Shown here in pieces: positions 37,579 through 51,008 of a DNA stretch of 64,000 bases. The translations under genes and the position numbers were made by a program. The stretch is from the NCBI GenBank assembly GCA_024679065.1, contig JAGIQG010000003.1:28272001-28336000 (forward strand), read 5' to 3'. The notes beneath the pieces were generated by a model, which had not been told where the DNA came from, did not search any database, and worked only from the letters and a program-made list of their open reading frames with translations. Numbering within the stretch: position 1 is the first letter of the stretch; every line of letters begins with the position of its first letter. The DNA comes from Sphyrna mokarran. Lineage: Eukaryota.

Positions 37579-38613
37579 GACAGAATTTTACCAGTTCGCT
37601 CTGGCCTAGTAAAATCATGCGGGAGCCGAGAAATCAGGATCATGCCCGATTCCTTGGCTATCGCGATCTTACTGGACCCGACTTTCCAGAAAGGTCAGCT
37701 GCTTGCCATTTCCAATGAGAGACTGAATAAATTATTCAAATATATTATAATGTTGATACGCATGGCATTAGCAAGCCTGGTGCTCAATCGTCCAGGCTCT
37801 TTTGCCAATATGGCCTTCACTCACCAGTGAGAAAAACACCTGTTCCCCATAAAAGAGAAACAGTCATATTGGCCTCCTAGGTAGAACAGGAGGCCAGTAA
37901 GACTCTCTATGGAGGCTGTGGGGAAGGAGGGAGATGTCCCTTGGGCAATGCTGCCTGGCACCTTGGCACTGGGCAGTGCAAGGGGCGGGGCCTATGGGGA
38001 CAGGGCCTATTGATGACAGCATCTGAAAGAGGTTATGGGGGTGGGGCCTGAAGGGGTTATAGGGGTGGGTCATGAAAGGGACACCAGATAGAGTGACCCA
38101 ATCATGGAGGGGGGAACTGATGCGCACTCTTCATCAGATTGGTGGGGGGGTTGCCCTACAATTATGATCAGTATTGGGGGAAAGGAAACTTGCTGCTGCT
38201 CTGCAAATGATTGGTTGGGTGAAGGGGGGGAAGGCCAATCAGTCTGCGTGGCTGAGGGAGTGAAGGGATCTACATTTTTGGGCAGTGTGGGGTTTGCAAT
38301 TAGCCATGGGCCACTGTAGGGGGGGGGCACTATGTTGAGGCTGTTTGCAAAAGCAGAGGCCTTACAGCTCTCTCTCTGTCAGGCCTCAGCTATTGGAATT
38401 GCACGTGTCTACACATGCACAATAGCTCCCTCTGTTGCTGGCTGGTGAATTAAGCCCCACCCACTGCTGATATTAGCTAGAAACAGTCTCGCCCATTTTT
38501 TCGTGCATTATGTGCATAAGATTGGGCATAAAAACTCACCGAAAAAATTGGATCCACAACTCTCCCATTTTCACGTTTGCTGGACATTTGAATTTTTCTT
38601 GTAAAATTCCACC
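37579..38613. mobile_element. Harbinger-type MITE
   Basis: gacagaattttac ... gtaaaattccacc; G-rich interior. Confidence 0.65.
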
Positions 38614-40175
38614 TTAAATATTCCTTTGTCCATGGACACCTGCCCACAATCCTGATGGCTACGCTGCAGCAATTTAAAGCTGCGGGCAGCATTCATTTCT
38701 ATGAGGTGAAACTTCCATCCCTCTCTTGGGAGGAAGTCACAACTTGGAGAACTGTGAGCCAATTGGAAGACCAATAGCAATGTCTACTGTCAGCACTACC
38801 ACCCCAACTCATGCCAAAGTCCCACCACATTGAAGAACCCAGGTAAATCTGGGTGAAGGGTGTGATGCTGAAATTAGGAGGTCGGGAGAGAAGGTTAAAG
38901 AGAGAGTTGATGGCGTGCCTCCAGCTCTCTTACCTGACAGTAGCTAAAGCTGCCTTCCTAAGCCACAGGGTAAGGACCTTAATAGCCTCAAGGATACCCA
39001 AACTGCCTGCACATCCCCAACCCCTGTGAAATATCAGGCAGATCAAGGCAGGCAGAATGCCGCCTGCTGAATTTTACATGTTCCCCTCCCCCGAGACCCG
39101 CCTCTTCTTCAAACCTGCCCGCAGGAGACCATAAAATCAGAAAAGGGGGCTAAAGTCTTTAAACAAAATCTTAAATAGAAAGGTTAAAAGACAGAAATGT
39201 TGATTGAATAGGTAGGTAGAATAATGTTACTGTCAAAGTATAAGTTTTTAAAAAATGTTCAATCGCTTGTTTGGACATTAGAAGCTTGTTGCTAAGAAAA
39301 CATTGTGAATGATAAAATTCTGCAAACATTTGGAATGATTTGTGGAAACCATGGGGATGATCTTCCCATCCCACTGTGCTTAATTTTTAGCGCAGCAGGC
39401 TGGGAGATTTGAACACCAGCCGATTCATGGGATTCGCACTGGGCATCCGGCCCTTAGTGTGTCTCCCAGTTTATGTTTTTTGGTATAGAGGAATCCATGC
39501 TGAAAATCAGCATAAAGGAGATTAGCATGTGTTTACATACCTTTAAATATATTAAGCAAGTCCACGACTAGAATCTCCACCCCCACTAGCACCTCCCTCC
39601 TCTCTGGCGTGACGTCACGCTGGTGGGGGGGTTTACAACTGCTTTATAAAGTGGGGAACTGGTGTGGCAACATTGAACAGGAGTAAGAGGTAAGTCTTAT
39701 GTTGCTACAGCCTCTGGAGTGCAGGGGATGTTGGAGGCAAGGCCTGCAAACTTTCTGTTTGCTGTGGGGCACTTCCTGGAAGTGCTGTCCCCAGGCCCAG
39801 GGATGTTCCACGTAGTCTGTGGGCTGGGATGAAGTTCTATACTGACTGCTGGTCAGGCTGCTATATTTTTCTGGCTGTGGGGTGTGGTGAGGGACTGGAC
39901 TTGAGTGCTGGAGTTTTAATTGTGTATGGTGGGGGGGGAGAAGGTGGTGCTTGAGGGCTCATCATTTCAGGCAGCTGTTGCTCCAAGCAGGGATGCTCCG
40001 TTTAACATAGACACTCATACTGCATGAACTTTGCAATGAATAGGAATCCATCTTTTGATAATTAGTAGCGTACCTGATCTGCAACACATGCCTGGAAGGA
40101 AATGCTGTAGTTGCAGTCATGGCAATTGATCAAGGGAGCACAATGGTCAAGCCCGCAAACTAATCTGCATGCTCT

Positions 40176-42711
40176 CAAAGAACAAAGAACAAAGAGCAAC
40201 ACAGCACGGGAAAGAGGCCCTTCGGCCCAACGAGCCCACGCCGCCGTCCTAATGTCTTAATGACATATCCTTGACTTTAGGCTATGCCTATTGTTGAAGA
40301 TTCCCATATAGGGACCAATATAGGGACAATTTGTTACCCAATCAGCCTAAGAGCACATTTTTGGGATGTGGGAGGAAACCGGAGCACCCGGAGAAAACCC
40401 ACGCAACCACGGGGAGAACTCGCAAACTCCCGCAGACACAGGCCCAAATCCATGTGTCTGCACAGCAACAGCGATAGTCTCTGAGCTGTCATGTTGCCCA
40501 TCAGATGGTCCAGTTTAAGCATACACTAACGACGTGAAGCACTAGGCCACTCCTGAAGCAACATCCAAGAGCAGCCCTCGCACGACCTGCCGAATGCATG
40601 CGCCTTGTTGGTCAACAAGGTGGACCGAATAGCCTGCAGAAACAAATAAGACTTAATTAAACATGCTAAAAAAAACTAAGACATTCCCGAGACGAAACTA
40701 AAAGATAGTCTACTACTATTTGGTCCTCCCGATATTCAAACAGTCCTGCTATATCCCTCTATCTGCAGACCGCTCATGTGGCTGTCCAAGAGACCCTTAA
40801 ACAACCCTAGCATGCCTGCTCCCATCACCTTACTCGGCAGTGCATTCCACACCCCCACTACCCTTTGTGTGAAAAACTGGCCTCTAATATTCGTCTTATA
40901 CATAGCCCCCCCTCACCCTGAGCCTGTGACCCCTCGTTCTATCCATTTCTAATGATGGAAAAAGCTTACCACCATTTACTCTATCTATACCCCTCATAAT
41001 CTTATATACCTTGAAAAGATCCCCTCTCAGCCGACGTCTTTCAAGGGAAAACAACCCCAGTGTTTTCAATCTTTCCTCATAAGACAGCCCTTCCATACCA
41101 GCAGCATCCTGGTAAATCTCTTCTGCACTCTCTCCAGGGCCTCTACATCCTTCCTGTAGTACGGCGACCAGAACTGGACGCAGTACTCCAGATGAGGCCT
41201 AACCAACGTTCTATACACCTGCAACATCAGACTCCTACTCTTGTATTCTATATCCCTTCCTATGAAGGCTAATATACCATACGCTTTTTTTTACCACATT
41301 CTCCACCTGTACTGACACCTTCAGAGACTTGTGAACTTGCACCCCCAGGTCTCTCTGCGTCTCTATACTCCGGATAGTTTTACCTTTTATCCTATAACTC
41401 CCTTCTACATTATTCCGGCCAAAATGCATCACCTCGCATTTATCCAGATTAAATTCCATTTGCCATCTATCTGCCCAATCTACCAGCCTATCTATGTCAT
41501 GTTGTATTGCCAGGCACTGCTCCTCAGTACCCGCCAATCCAATCATCTTAGTGTCATCACCAAATTTGCTGATCACACCACCTACCCCCTCTTCCAAGTC
41601 ATTTATATACACCACAAATATAAGGGGTCCTAGTACAGAGCCCTGTGGCACACCACTAGTGACAGACCTCCAGTTGGAAAAAGAGCCTTCCACTACTACC
41701 CGCTGTCTCCTCCTCCCAAGCCAGTTCTCAACCCATCTACATACCTGGCCCTGTATACCATGCACCTTCACCTTTTCTATCAGCCTACCATGAGGGACCT
41801 TATCAAACGCAAATCTTTGTCTCTTCTTTGGACACAGGGGAGGTCCCAGAGGACTGGGGGATTGCAAATGTAGTACCGTTGTTTAAAAAGGGTGAAATCC
41901 ACATAGACGACATCAACGGCTTGTCCTTCATCAACCGTTTTTGTCACCTCTTCAAAAAATTCCACTAGATTCGTAAGGCACGACCTTCCCTTAACGAAGC
42001 CATGCTGCGTATCCCTGATCAGATCGCAGCGCTCCAGGTGCTCATACATCCTGTCCCTGAGAATCCTCTCCATTAGCTTACCTATAACTGAAGTCAAGCT
42101 CACCGGCCTATAGTTTCCTGGGTTATCCCTCTGACCCTTTTTAAACAACGGTACTACATTTGCAATCCCCCAGTCCTCTGGGACCTCCCCTGTGTCCAAA
42201 GAAGAGACAAAGATTTGCGTCAGAGGCCCAGCAATGTCATCTCTCACCTCCCTTAGCAGCCTGGGATAAATACCATCAGGCCCCGGAGCTTTATATGTCT
42301 TTATGCTACCTAAAAGCTCCAACACTTCGTCCCTCGTAATGATTATTTCCTTTAACGGGTCCTCAAATTCCTCAAAGCTGGCATCAGACATCAGGCCCCT
42401 CTCCTGCGTGAATACCGACGCAAAGTATTCATTCAGGATCTCCCCCATTCCCTCAGGCTCTAAGCATAGTTCCCCTCCTCTGTCCCTGAGAGGTCCAATC
42501 TTCCCTCTAACCATCCTTTTGCTCCTTACCTAGGAGTAAAATGCCTTAGGATTTTCCTTAATCCTACCTGCCAAAGCCATTTCGTGGCCCCTTTTTTGCC
42601 TTTCTGACACCCCTTTTAAGATCCCGTCTACACTCTCTATATTTTTCCAGCGCTGCCTCTGTCCCCAGTTGCATGGATCTAACATACGCCTCCTGCTTCT
42701 TCCTGACTCTC
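40176..42711 (-). mobile_element. Young 5'-truncated CR1/HER1 LINE (RT domain) with a long SINE-containing 3' UTR
   Basis: KAPGPDGIYPRLL, NYRPVSLTSV, QHGFVKGRSCLTNL, AFDKVPH, SGVPQGSVLGP, KFGDDTK; (TTTGTTC)n tail; possible TSD CTCTC at 40172-40176 and 42707-42711. Confidence 0.97.
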
Positions 42712-42931
42712 GCTGTGTGTTAAGCTCACAATGCCAGTGGCAGGCAATCTAATCAGGTGATGTATGGCACCTCAGGTTGTGTAGTGTTGCCAGCATCCAC
42801 AAGTGAGAGAACTAATCCCATTGAAGGATTGGAGGGAGGGTGGGGTTTGGGGGGAGGGGAAAGTGCAGGGGTAGTTGCTAGTAATGACATGTATCTCTCA
42901 ATCTCTATCTCTGTAACCTCCACTATACAGA

Positions 42932-44129
42932 ATGGATCTGGGATTTACAGATTTAGAGCTGGCTATCATAGTGGCAGCTGAAGAGAAGGAGGTAATTCAG
43001 GAGGTGTCCAGGAGCAGCCAGTGGCAGGAGGGCAGGAGGCTGCCACTTATGTGCAGGAGGTGGGAGAGCAGCCTCCCAAAAGGGTGACCAGGAGAAGGAG
43101 GATATGGGACAATCAGAATGTACCAACCAGAACATCCTTCAAGGGACTGTCAGAAGTTATGTGCCATTGCTGGCTTTGCCTCTCCAAGGACATGGTCCGC
43201 CACCTGTATGAGGTGCTCGCCCACCTGGCATCTGAGAGGAGGGATGGATAGCCACTGCCAGCTGAAGTTAGGGTGATGGCAGCCCTTGACTTCTTAAGCG
43301 ACATGGTCATTTCAGGCACCCAGTGGTGACCTGTGTAAAATCCCTCACGCCTTTGTCTACAGATGTGTTCGCCAGGTGACAGATGCCTTGTTCACTGGGT
43401 AGGCCAATACATACACTTTGATGTTGGACAGGACCAATAAACGGCGCTGGCTGTCGGCTTCGCAGTCATTGCTGGGACGTCCCATGTCCAAGGGACAGTG
43501 GATGGGACATATCGCCCTCTAGTCCCACCGAGATGAGGGCAACCATTCATCAAGTGAAAGAAGTTCCACTCCCTCAATGTCCAAATCATTTGCGATCACT
43601 GGATGATTATCACGTGAATCTGTGCACGCCACCCAGGGAGTGTCCATGGCATCTTTGTGCTGAGGCAGCTGGACATTCCTGGGCTCTTTGAAAACCAGAC
43701 CAGGTTACTGGGCTGGCTCATGGGGGACAAGGGCTACCTGCTGAGGTCATGGCTGATGTTGCCAGTGTGGAGGCCTGCGATTGAGATGGAGGTCTGCTTC
43801 ATTAAGGCCCATACTTCCACCTGGTCCACAGTAGGGTGTTGCATAGACCTGCTAAAGATGTGATTTCATTGCCTGAACTGCTCTGGGAATGCCCTGCAGT
43901 ATGATTCAAGGAATGCCTCCCACATTATCATCATCTCCTGCATTCTGCACATCTCGCAGCAATGAGGAGACCATCTGGAGGAGGTGGAGGACGAGAAGGA
44001 TTGTCACCAGGCAGAATGGAGGACCTGCTATATGAGGAACCAGAGAATGGAGGGCAAGCGACAATGGCAGAGGTCTGGCAAGGCAGGGCAGCAAGTGGGG
44101 CCCTGATAGCAGCTGCTTTATCTAACTGA
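42932..44129 (+). pseudogene. Harbinger (HARBI1-like) DDE transposase, disrupted
   Basis: Manual translation gives VQGTVDGT, KKFHSLNVQIICDH, ARHPGSVH, GWLMGDKGYLLRSWLMLP; several stops and frameshifts. Confidence 0.92.
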
Positions 44130-44469
44130 TTCTGTTCAGAATGGGAGCTGCTCCAAACATCCTTCCACCACATCCCAGGAACTACTGCAGCTGCCACCCG
44201 CCTCCCACAACTCAAAGCTGGCCACTCAAACCACATTACCCTTCCCCTCCTCAGCCAATCCCCCCACCCATCCCTATAGGATTGTGAAACACTCAGCTCT
44301 GACAGGGGGAGAATCAGAAACAGATTAGTCACAGTTGTGAGGTGAAAATAACATTTAATTGTGCCCTTAACATTCCCAAGCTTAAGCCTGGTTACTCATG
44401 ACCTTCATCCATGCTTTCTTAGTGAACCTACAACTTTCTAATTTTGTGTGGCTTACTGTTTAGTCTAGG

Positions 44470-46523
44470 TGGTCTCCTAGGATGCACATCAGAGGGGTCC
44501 AGCTGTGATCCGCGCCCCACATGTCTGTGATGCCCTTGGTGGCCATCCACTGGGGGCAGAGATTTGGAGGACCTTGGCTGACTTGCGGATGACTTTAATG
44601 TTTCTGTGCCACCCTATTCATCCATCTGGCCCTGAGATGCCTTGGTGTGAGAAAGAGGGAAATTGGAAGATTTCAGGACATAGAGAATCTCCTGGATGGA
44701 ATGCCCACCATGGGCTCTATCCCTTCCTCCTCCATTGAGGTGCTGAGAGGACCGGGGACATTCCATAGGATGCCAGGAGAGCTGCACTGAAATCCAGAAG
44801 TTCTGGTGTCATTTGGCTCTGCCTGTCTTGGAAGCCCTGATTTGCCTGCTCCATGGTGTATGATCCCTCCAGTCCTGGCTCTTTGAGACTCTGTTACAGC
44901 ATTCTGAAAGTAAGCCATGCTCTGGAGCCCCTCAGCATTAGCTTTTGAGCCTGGGCTAAGTTGTAAGGCTCACAGTCACAGCCTGCTGTGTCTCCAGAAT
45001 CCCAGTGAGAGTCCCAGCTATGGCCATCAATATCTCCAACGTGCTCCCGACACCCATGGCCATGGGTTGATGTGGCTCCTAGATACTGGCGACATCCTCG
45101 GCCATGGCCCATTGGGTCTCTGCCATGGCCAGCTGCATCTCCAGGATGGCCTGGACCCTGTCACCCATGAATACAGATCCCTGTGCCAGACTTACCACTG
45201 CGAATGACATCCTTGCAGTGTTGGCCTGGTTTGCATGCTTTGCAGCACCATCTCCTGCTGCAGCACTCTGTTAGATTCCCCTAAACAGCCTTGCAGTTGC
45301 AGCATGGTTGCTGACAGATATCCACAATTTCTTGGGCATCTCCACCAGCTTTGGGACAAAAGAACTGTGAGGCTCAGCATCTGGCTTAGGGCCAACTGAT
45401 TCCTCAGGCACACAATTCTGAGTGCCTGAGCCCATTAGATGTGTCTGCCTCCACCCGAAGTGTATCAGCGGCTGCGATGTGCTCAGCAATAAGTGACCGA
45501 GAAGCCTCAGCACTAACATGACCCATCGTTGTGATACTCTCTGTGTTGGTGGGTTTTGTGGTTGGTGCCTGTGCTGATTTACTGGTGCTATCCTCGGATG
45601 ATTCTTCAGGGCCTCCCTCCGGGGTGTCGTCCGAGGTGTCCTTGAAATTGGTTGCGGAGCAGCAAGGGGAATGCTGACACCTGAAGGGCCTGGAGCATCA
45701 GGTTCCAGGATTGTTAAAAAGAACACACGTTAGGGGAAAGGAGGGAAAGCAGCCCAACCAGCATAGCGCTTACTTCAAAGAAGTCTTAGAGAGTGAGGAA
45801 AGCTGATGCTCACTTGCATGCTGGATGCTGATCTGGCTGTTGGTGACCATTCTAGGTGTGGAATCTCCCCCTGCCAACTCCAGGCAGGAGAAGTGAACTT
45901 CTCAACTACTCAACTTCTCAACTACTTATCATAGAAGTGAACTTTGTTCACAAAGCATCAGCAGCTGCAGCTCAGGAACACTGCCATTAGCCTTTGCTCT
46001 GTTATGGCGGTTGTGCGCGTTTTCTCTTGTGGGGATAAAAGGGGCATTGAAAGCATGGATATTTAGAAGGCATGTAATGCAACATTTATCTGAGCTGATG
46101 GACTTGTGTTGGTCTTTTTGGGAAAATAGGTCACCACTGGGAGGTTTTGTTTGATTGGGGGGGGCACAGGGCAGGATGGGGGTAGCGAGGCATAGGTGGT
46201 TGTTGGATATCCTTGAGGTGCCTGGAAATAGTTTGACATTGTTCATACAGCATATGTATGTAAGGTTTCAGAATGGGATGTTAAATTACCCTCGCTGCCT
46301 GAAAAAAGTCGTTCACTTTCTTCTGGCACTGCTGTACAGACTGAGATGTCAGGGTCCTGGCATTAACTGCAGATGCCACTGCCTCCCACAATGCCTTTAC
46401 TGTACAACCCCTTGGGTGATGGTCTGGAGTGGGGAACAGCAGCTGGCACCTTTCCTCCAGCACATCCAGCAGACCGGCCTACTCAGTCTCTGTGAATCTC
46501 GGGGCAGATTTCTTTGGGGCTAT
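44470..46523 (-). pseudogene. Harbinger Myb/SANT-like (trihelix) DNA-binding gene, multi-exon, disrupted
   Basis: Exon 1 (46523-46290) APKKSAPRF...LWEAVASAVNA...SVQQCQKKVND with a GT donor; exon 2 (~46026-45815) AHNRHNRAKANGSVPELQLL; third exon from ~45710; 3' boundary approximate. Confidence 0.8.
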
Positions 46524-47782
46524 CTTCCTGATGTGACCGGTTGTGTGTCCATCATTGAAGATTATATACAGCTCTGGATTGTTAAGGAAGTCCAAATGTC
46601 GTCAGCCTGGGCCAACAATGGGTCTGTTAGTTAAAATTCCTTCTGAGAAATGCACAGGCAACCTGCTTTCAACAGAGGGTGAGCCATCTCCAACAGTACT
46701 GATTGTCAATCAACAAGGTACTGTCTCCAAGGCGGGGTGCAATGCTCAAGGCTGTCACCTGATAAGGGGAATGCTTGCAGGCAGAAGATGTGCATGTTAG
46801 CACAGCGCTATTTGTGTGCAAGGCAGCAGTGAAGCCAGTGCTGTGGGTGTGAGGGATGGTGGGGCAGGAGGTGGGGGGCAGCCAGCCAGCCAGATTCAGG
46901 TCACTGGAGGAATGGGAAGGGCAACAATGTTCGGGTCATTGGAGAATGGGGAGGGAGAACGATAATGTCTGGGTGAAGGAGGCATGGAGAAGTCAGTGAT
47001 ATCCAGGTCACTGGGGGATGGGAAAGCCAGCAATGTTTGGATCAATGGGGGATGGAGAGGCAAGGAAGGCAGCGATGTGCTTGGGGGTGGAGATTGAGGG
47101 AGTGGAGAGGCCAGCAGGCCACCGATGTGTGTGGTAGGGAGACGGGGGACGGTGGTAGTAGGGGCTAGTAGGTTGGTGATGTGTGCTAGTGTGGGGAAGG
47201 GTTGTGGCAGTGGGGGGGAGGCCAGCAGGCCAGCCATGTGTGGGAAGGAGGGTAAGGTAGAGGCCAGCAGGCCAGTGATATGCTTGGGGGCTGGGGAAGA
47301 GACAGTCGGTCAACTGTGCCAATTTCAGCCTCTTCAGCAGGAATAGGCCCTGCTCCCAGACTTCTGATTTACTATAGTGCACCCTGCAGTGCACAGAATG
47401 TGGGAGAATTCCCACTGAAAAAGCCAGTGCTGTTTATTCCAGTTTTCATGTGATTCGACACTTTTTTTTGGGGAGAATTAAATTATTTTTGCAGAATTTT
47501 GGCCCTTATCATAAAAGTGTAGGTATTATGCATTACACTATGATTCCTTCTGCAATACAAAATATATTTATAGCATTCTCAACAGAGGCAACAACTATGG
47601 TAGGTAATTACAATAAGACTCATGCTACAGGTACTAAATTTGTTTTTATAGTAATTAGTTATAGTTAAAAAACCATATCTACAGCAAATTGTGAAACAGA
47701 AAGTGGAATCTTCTGGACTCAGTCTATGTTGGAATGGTGGGAGCCTCTGCAGATCAGAAGTCCGATTTAGTGATGGGTGAGC

Positions 47783-47895
47783 TTTTTATTATGCTTTTGT
47801 GAGACTTGGGCATCAATGGTAAAGGTAACATTTTTTACCCATCTCTAATTGCCCTTGAACTTAGCTTGCTAGATCATTTCAGAGCATTGTTAACT
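47783..47895 (-). mobile_element. 3' fragment of the 11605-type SINE
   Basis: acccatctctaattgcccttgaact. Confidence 0.65.
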
Positions 47896-48499
47896 TGCGA
47901 ATGAGTGCACAGTGGGCCCTCCACTCTGGGATGAAGTCCTATACTATAAAGGGTTATTGGAACGAGAATCCAAATCTATGTGACAATTTGTTTTCACAAG
48001 GTGCTTTTTGGGTGATGCAGTTCATTGTTAATCACAGACTTGCCCTCCTGTGTACGCGCAGTCCCCGGAAGGACTGCAGGAGTCAAGAAGTCAAAACAGT
48101 TCAGGGAGTCCAGAAGAATTGCAGCAATAGTAACAACTGGAATGTTAGACATGGTCAAGAGGAAGCTCACCTTGCTATTTTCACAGCCGTCCAGCTCTCT
48201 TGCCAGCAACAATAATCACCAATCCCCCAAATGTGAGCAGGATTTGGAGCCTAGTCTGCAGTTCTGCTTCTTAAGCCAAAAGGCCGAAAAACAACCAGTT
48301 TATTGCTTTGATGTTGATTTTCTTGATTCAGCAAGTTATTTATGCTTTCTTTATATGTTAACTTTTTAAAAATCTATGTTTAAATGTTGTGTCATAACTG
48401 AACTCAGGCAACCTGCTGCTGGAGTTCTTGCTGAGAGGGAATGAAAAGTTCACAACAAATCTGATTCTTTTTTGGAAGGCTGGGGAAATAAGTTATTTT

Positions 48500-48695
48500 T
48501 GCTGCAGTTGAAATGGAAAATGTTGGAAATACTCAGCAGGTCTGGTGGTATTGAGGCAAAGAGGTCATTGACTCTTGTTCAGAACTAGTGCAGACAGCAA
48601 TCCTGAAGCAGTGACTTTGTTTCTCTCTCCACAAATACTTCTTAGCCTCCTGAGTATTTCCAACATTTACTGTTGGCATTTCAGATTTCCAGCAC
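48500..48695. mobile_element. Inverted pair of Penelope-like pLTR remnants
   Basis: aaatgttggaaatactcag (~48518) is the reverse complement of ctgagtatttccaacattt (~48650). Confidence 0.7.
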
Positions 48696-50504
48696 TTTGG
48701 TCTCCTATTATATGCTCTATTCTAGGCATTTGGAAGTGTGATTAGTTTCAAATTAAAATGAGAAAAGATTTTCACACAATATAAAGTGTAATTTTTCTGT
48801 TAAAAAAGGCCACTTCTGTGTATAGAAATAGCATGTCATTGCAGGTGAATTAGCTGTTGCCAATTTACTGGAATGTTTTGTCATTTTTAAACTTTGAAGT
48901 GATGATCAGATGCGTTGTGCCCATAGAATACGTCACTGTTGGTTCAAGATGTTCTCATTTGTACATGGGATTGTTTTTGTGGTGCTTGTGGGGTTCAGTT
49001 CTTTTCAATATTGCTGTCCATATATTGCATATGACCAGGTTCAAAGACAGAACTGGTTGCATAATATGTATGACTAAATTGTGTGTCTTGTATGATAAAG
49101 CTGTGCTTGTAAAGTGTACCAACTGAAATCTGAGCATCCAATGGACTTCATAAAGAGAGGCATAAAGTAAAACCCAAGGTGTTTGTTAAATCTAGTTCCT
49201 CATCCAGAGTACATTCTGCACCCTAGCCACCCTCAGTGCCTCCTCCAAGTAGCTTCAACATGGAAAAGTGCTGATTCACCATCTGAGGGGAAGCAATAGT
49301 GTAGTGTTGTTTTCACTGGACTCATAATCCAGAGATCCAGATTAATGTTCTGGGAATCTGGGTTTGTATCTCACCATGGAAGATAGTTCAATAAAAACCT
49401 GGAATAAAATGATGACTGTGATACCATTGTCAATTATTGAAAAAACCCATATGATTCACTGAAGTTGGTTAGGAAATGAAATCTGCCATTTTTACTTGGC
49501 TCAGCCTTCATGTAACTCCAGGCACACAGCAATGTGATTGACTTTCAACTGCCCTCTGAAATGGCCAACTACTCAGTTGTACAATAAAAAGGTATAAAAC
49601 CAGAAAGACCACTTGACATCAGCCAAGGCACTGGAAATGACAATGGCAAACCCAGCCCTTTGCAAAGTTATCCTTACTAACATCTGGGAGTTGTGCTATT
49701 ATTGACAGTGCTGTCCTGTAGATTGGTGAAACAACAGGCTGATAGATTCAAACTCTCAGAATCATACTTTATAGATAATGTCCCAGACATTACCATCACC
49801 ATTCCTGGTGTATCCTGTCCCAGCAGAGTTGGTGCAGCCCAGTGGTATATAGTCAGGAGAGGGTTGCCCTGAGAGTCCTCAACATTGACTCCATCTCATA
49901 GGATTAGATCAAATATGGGTAAGGAAACCTCCTACCTCCACTTAGCTGATGAGTCACTATGCCTCCATGTTGAACACCACTTATGTCCTCAGGGTGGCAT
50001 GGCTACTGAATGCATGTGGGGTCTTCAAAGTTCATCACCAAACCCCACCACAGATTGAACTGACTGTTTCTAAAGAACATAGGTATTAGACTGGATCTAC
50101 AGCAGGTGATGAAGAAACCAACAAGAGGGAGAAATATACTTGCCCTCATCCTTACCATCCTGCCTGCCACAGAAGTATCTGTCCATGATACTATCGGTTG
50201 GAGTGACCACCACTCAGTTCTTGTGAAAACAAAGTCTATTCCTCACATTGAGGATACCCTCTAACATGTTATGTGTAACTACCACCATGTTAAATGGGAT
50301 AGACTTCAAACAGATCTGGCACCTCAAGACGGGGCAACCATGAAACACTGTAGGCCATCAACAACAGTATTCTACCACTAACATCATTGTCTGGCATATC
50401 CCCACTTGACCATTACCACAAAGCCAAGTGATCAACTGATGCTGGAGCAACACCAAGCATATCTAAAAATGAGATATCAACTTAGTGAAGCTACAACACA
50501 GGAC

Positions 50505-51008
50505 TAGAACAATGGAAGTTACAGCACAGTAACAAACCCTTCAGCCCTCCAAGCCTGCACCGACCATGCTGCCCAACTGAACTAAAACCCCCTACCCTCC
50601 TAAGGACCATATCCTTCTATTCCCATCCTATCCATGTATTTGTTCCAACTCCCCTTAAAACTATCGTATCTGCTTCCACTATCTCTTGGCAGCAAGTTCC
50701 AAGCGCCTATCATCCTCTGTACATCTCCTTTAAACCTTGCCCCTCACACATTAAATTGTGCCCCATAGTATTTGACTCTTCCACTTTGGGAAAAAGCTTC
50801 TGACTATCCACTCTGTCCATGCCTCTCATAATCTTGTAGACTTCTAACAGGTTGCCCCTCAACCTCAGTTGTTCCAGTGAGAACAAAACAAAATTTCTCC
50901 AACTTCTCTTCATAGCTAATGCCTGCCATACCAGACACCATCCTAATAAATCTTCTCTGTACTCTCTCCAAAGCTTCAATATCCTTCTGGTATTGTGGTG
51001 ATCAGAAT
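50505..51008 (-). mobile_element. CR1/HER1 3' end nested in the older LINE
   Basis: LFSLEQLRLRGNLLEVYKIMRGMDRVD; tail cccttcagccctccaagcctgcaccgaccatgc on the + strand. Confidence 0.9.

Larger units (their letters stand above)
39354..47505. mobile_element. PIF/Harbinger DNA transposon, decayed autonomous-type copy with a CR1 insertion
   Basis: Convergent DDE transposase and Myb/SANT-like genes; both ends match the two ends of the MITE at 51953-52847; no TSD recognised. Confidence 0.82.

Noticed and set aside
41060-41793. Plus-strand ORFs of 70-100 aa
   Set aside because: Antisense shadows of CR1 ORF2.
42932-44129. Domesticated HARBI1 host gene
   Set aside because: Multiple stops and frameshifts, and it lies within transposon ends next to its Myb partner.
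46896-47415. Proline-rich ORFs (also 59524-59742)
   Set aside because: Products of C-rich low-complexity strands that lack stop codons.
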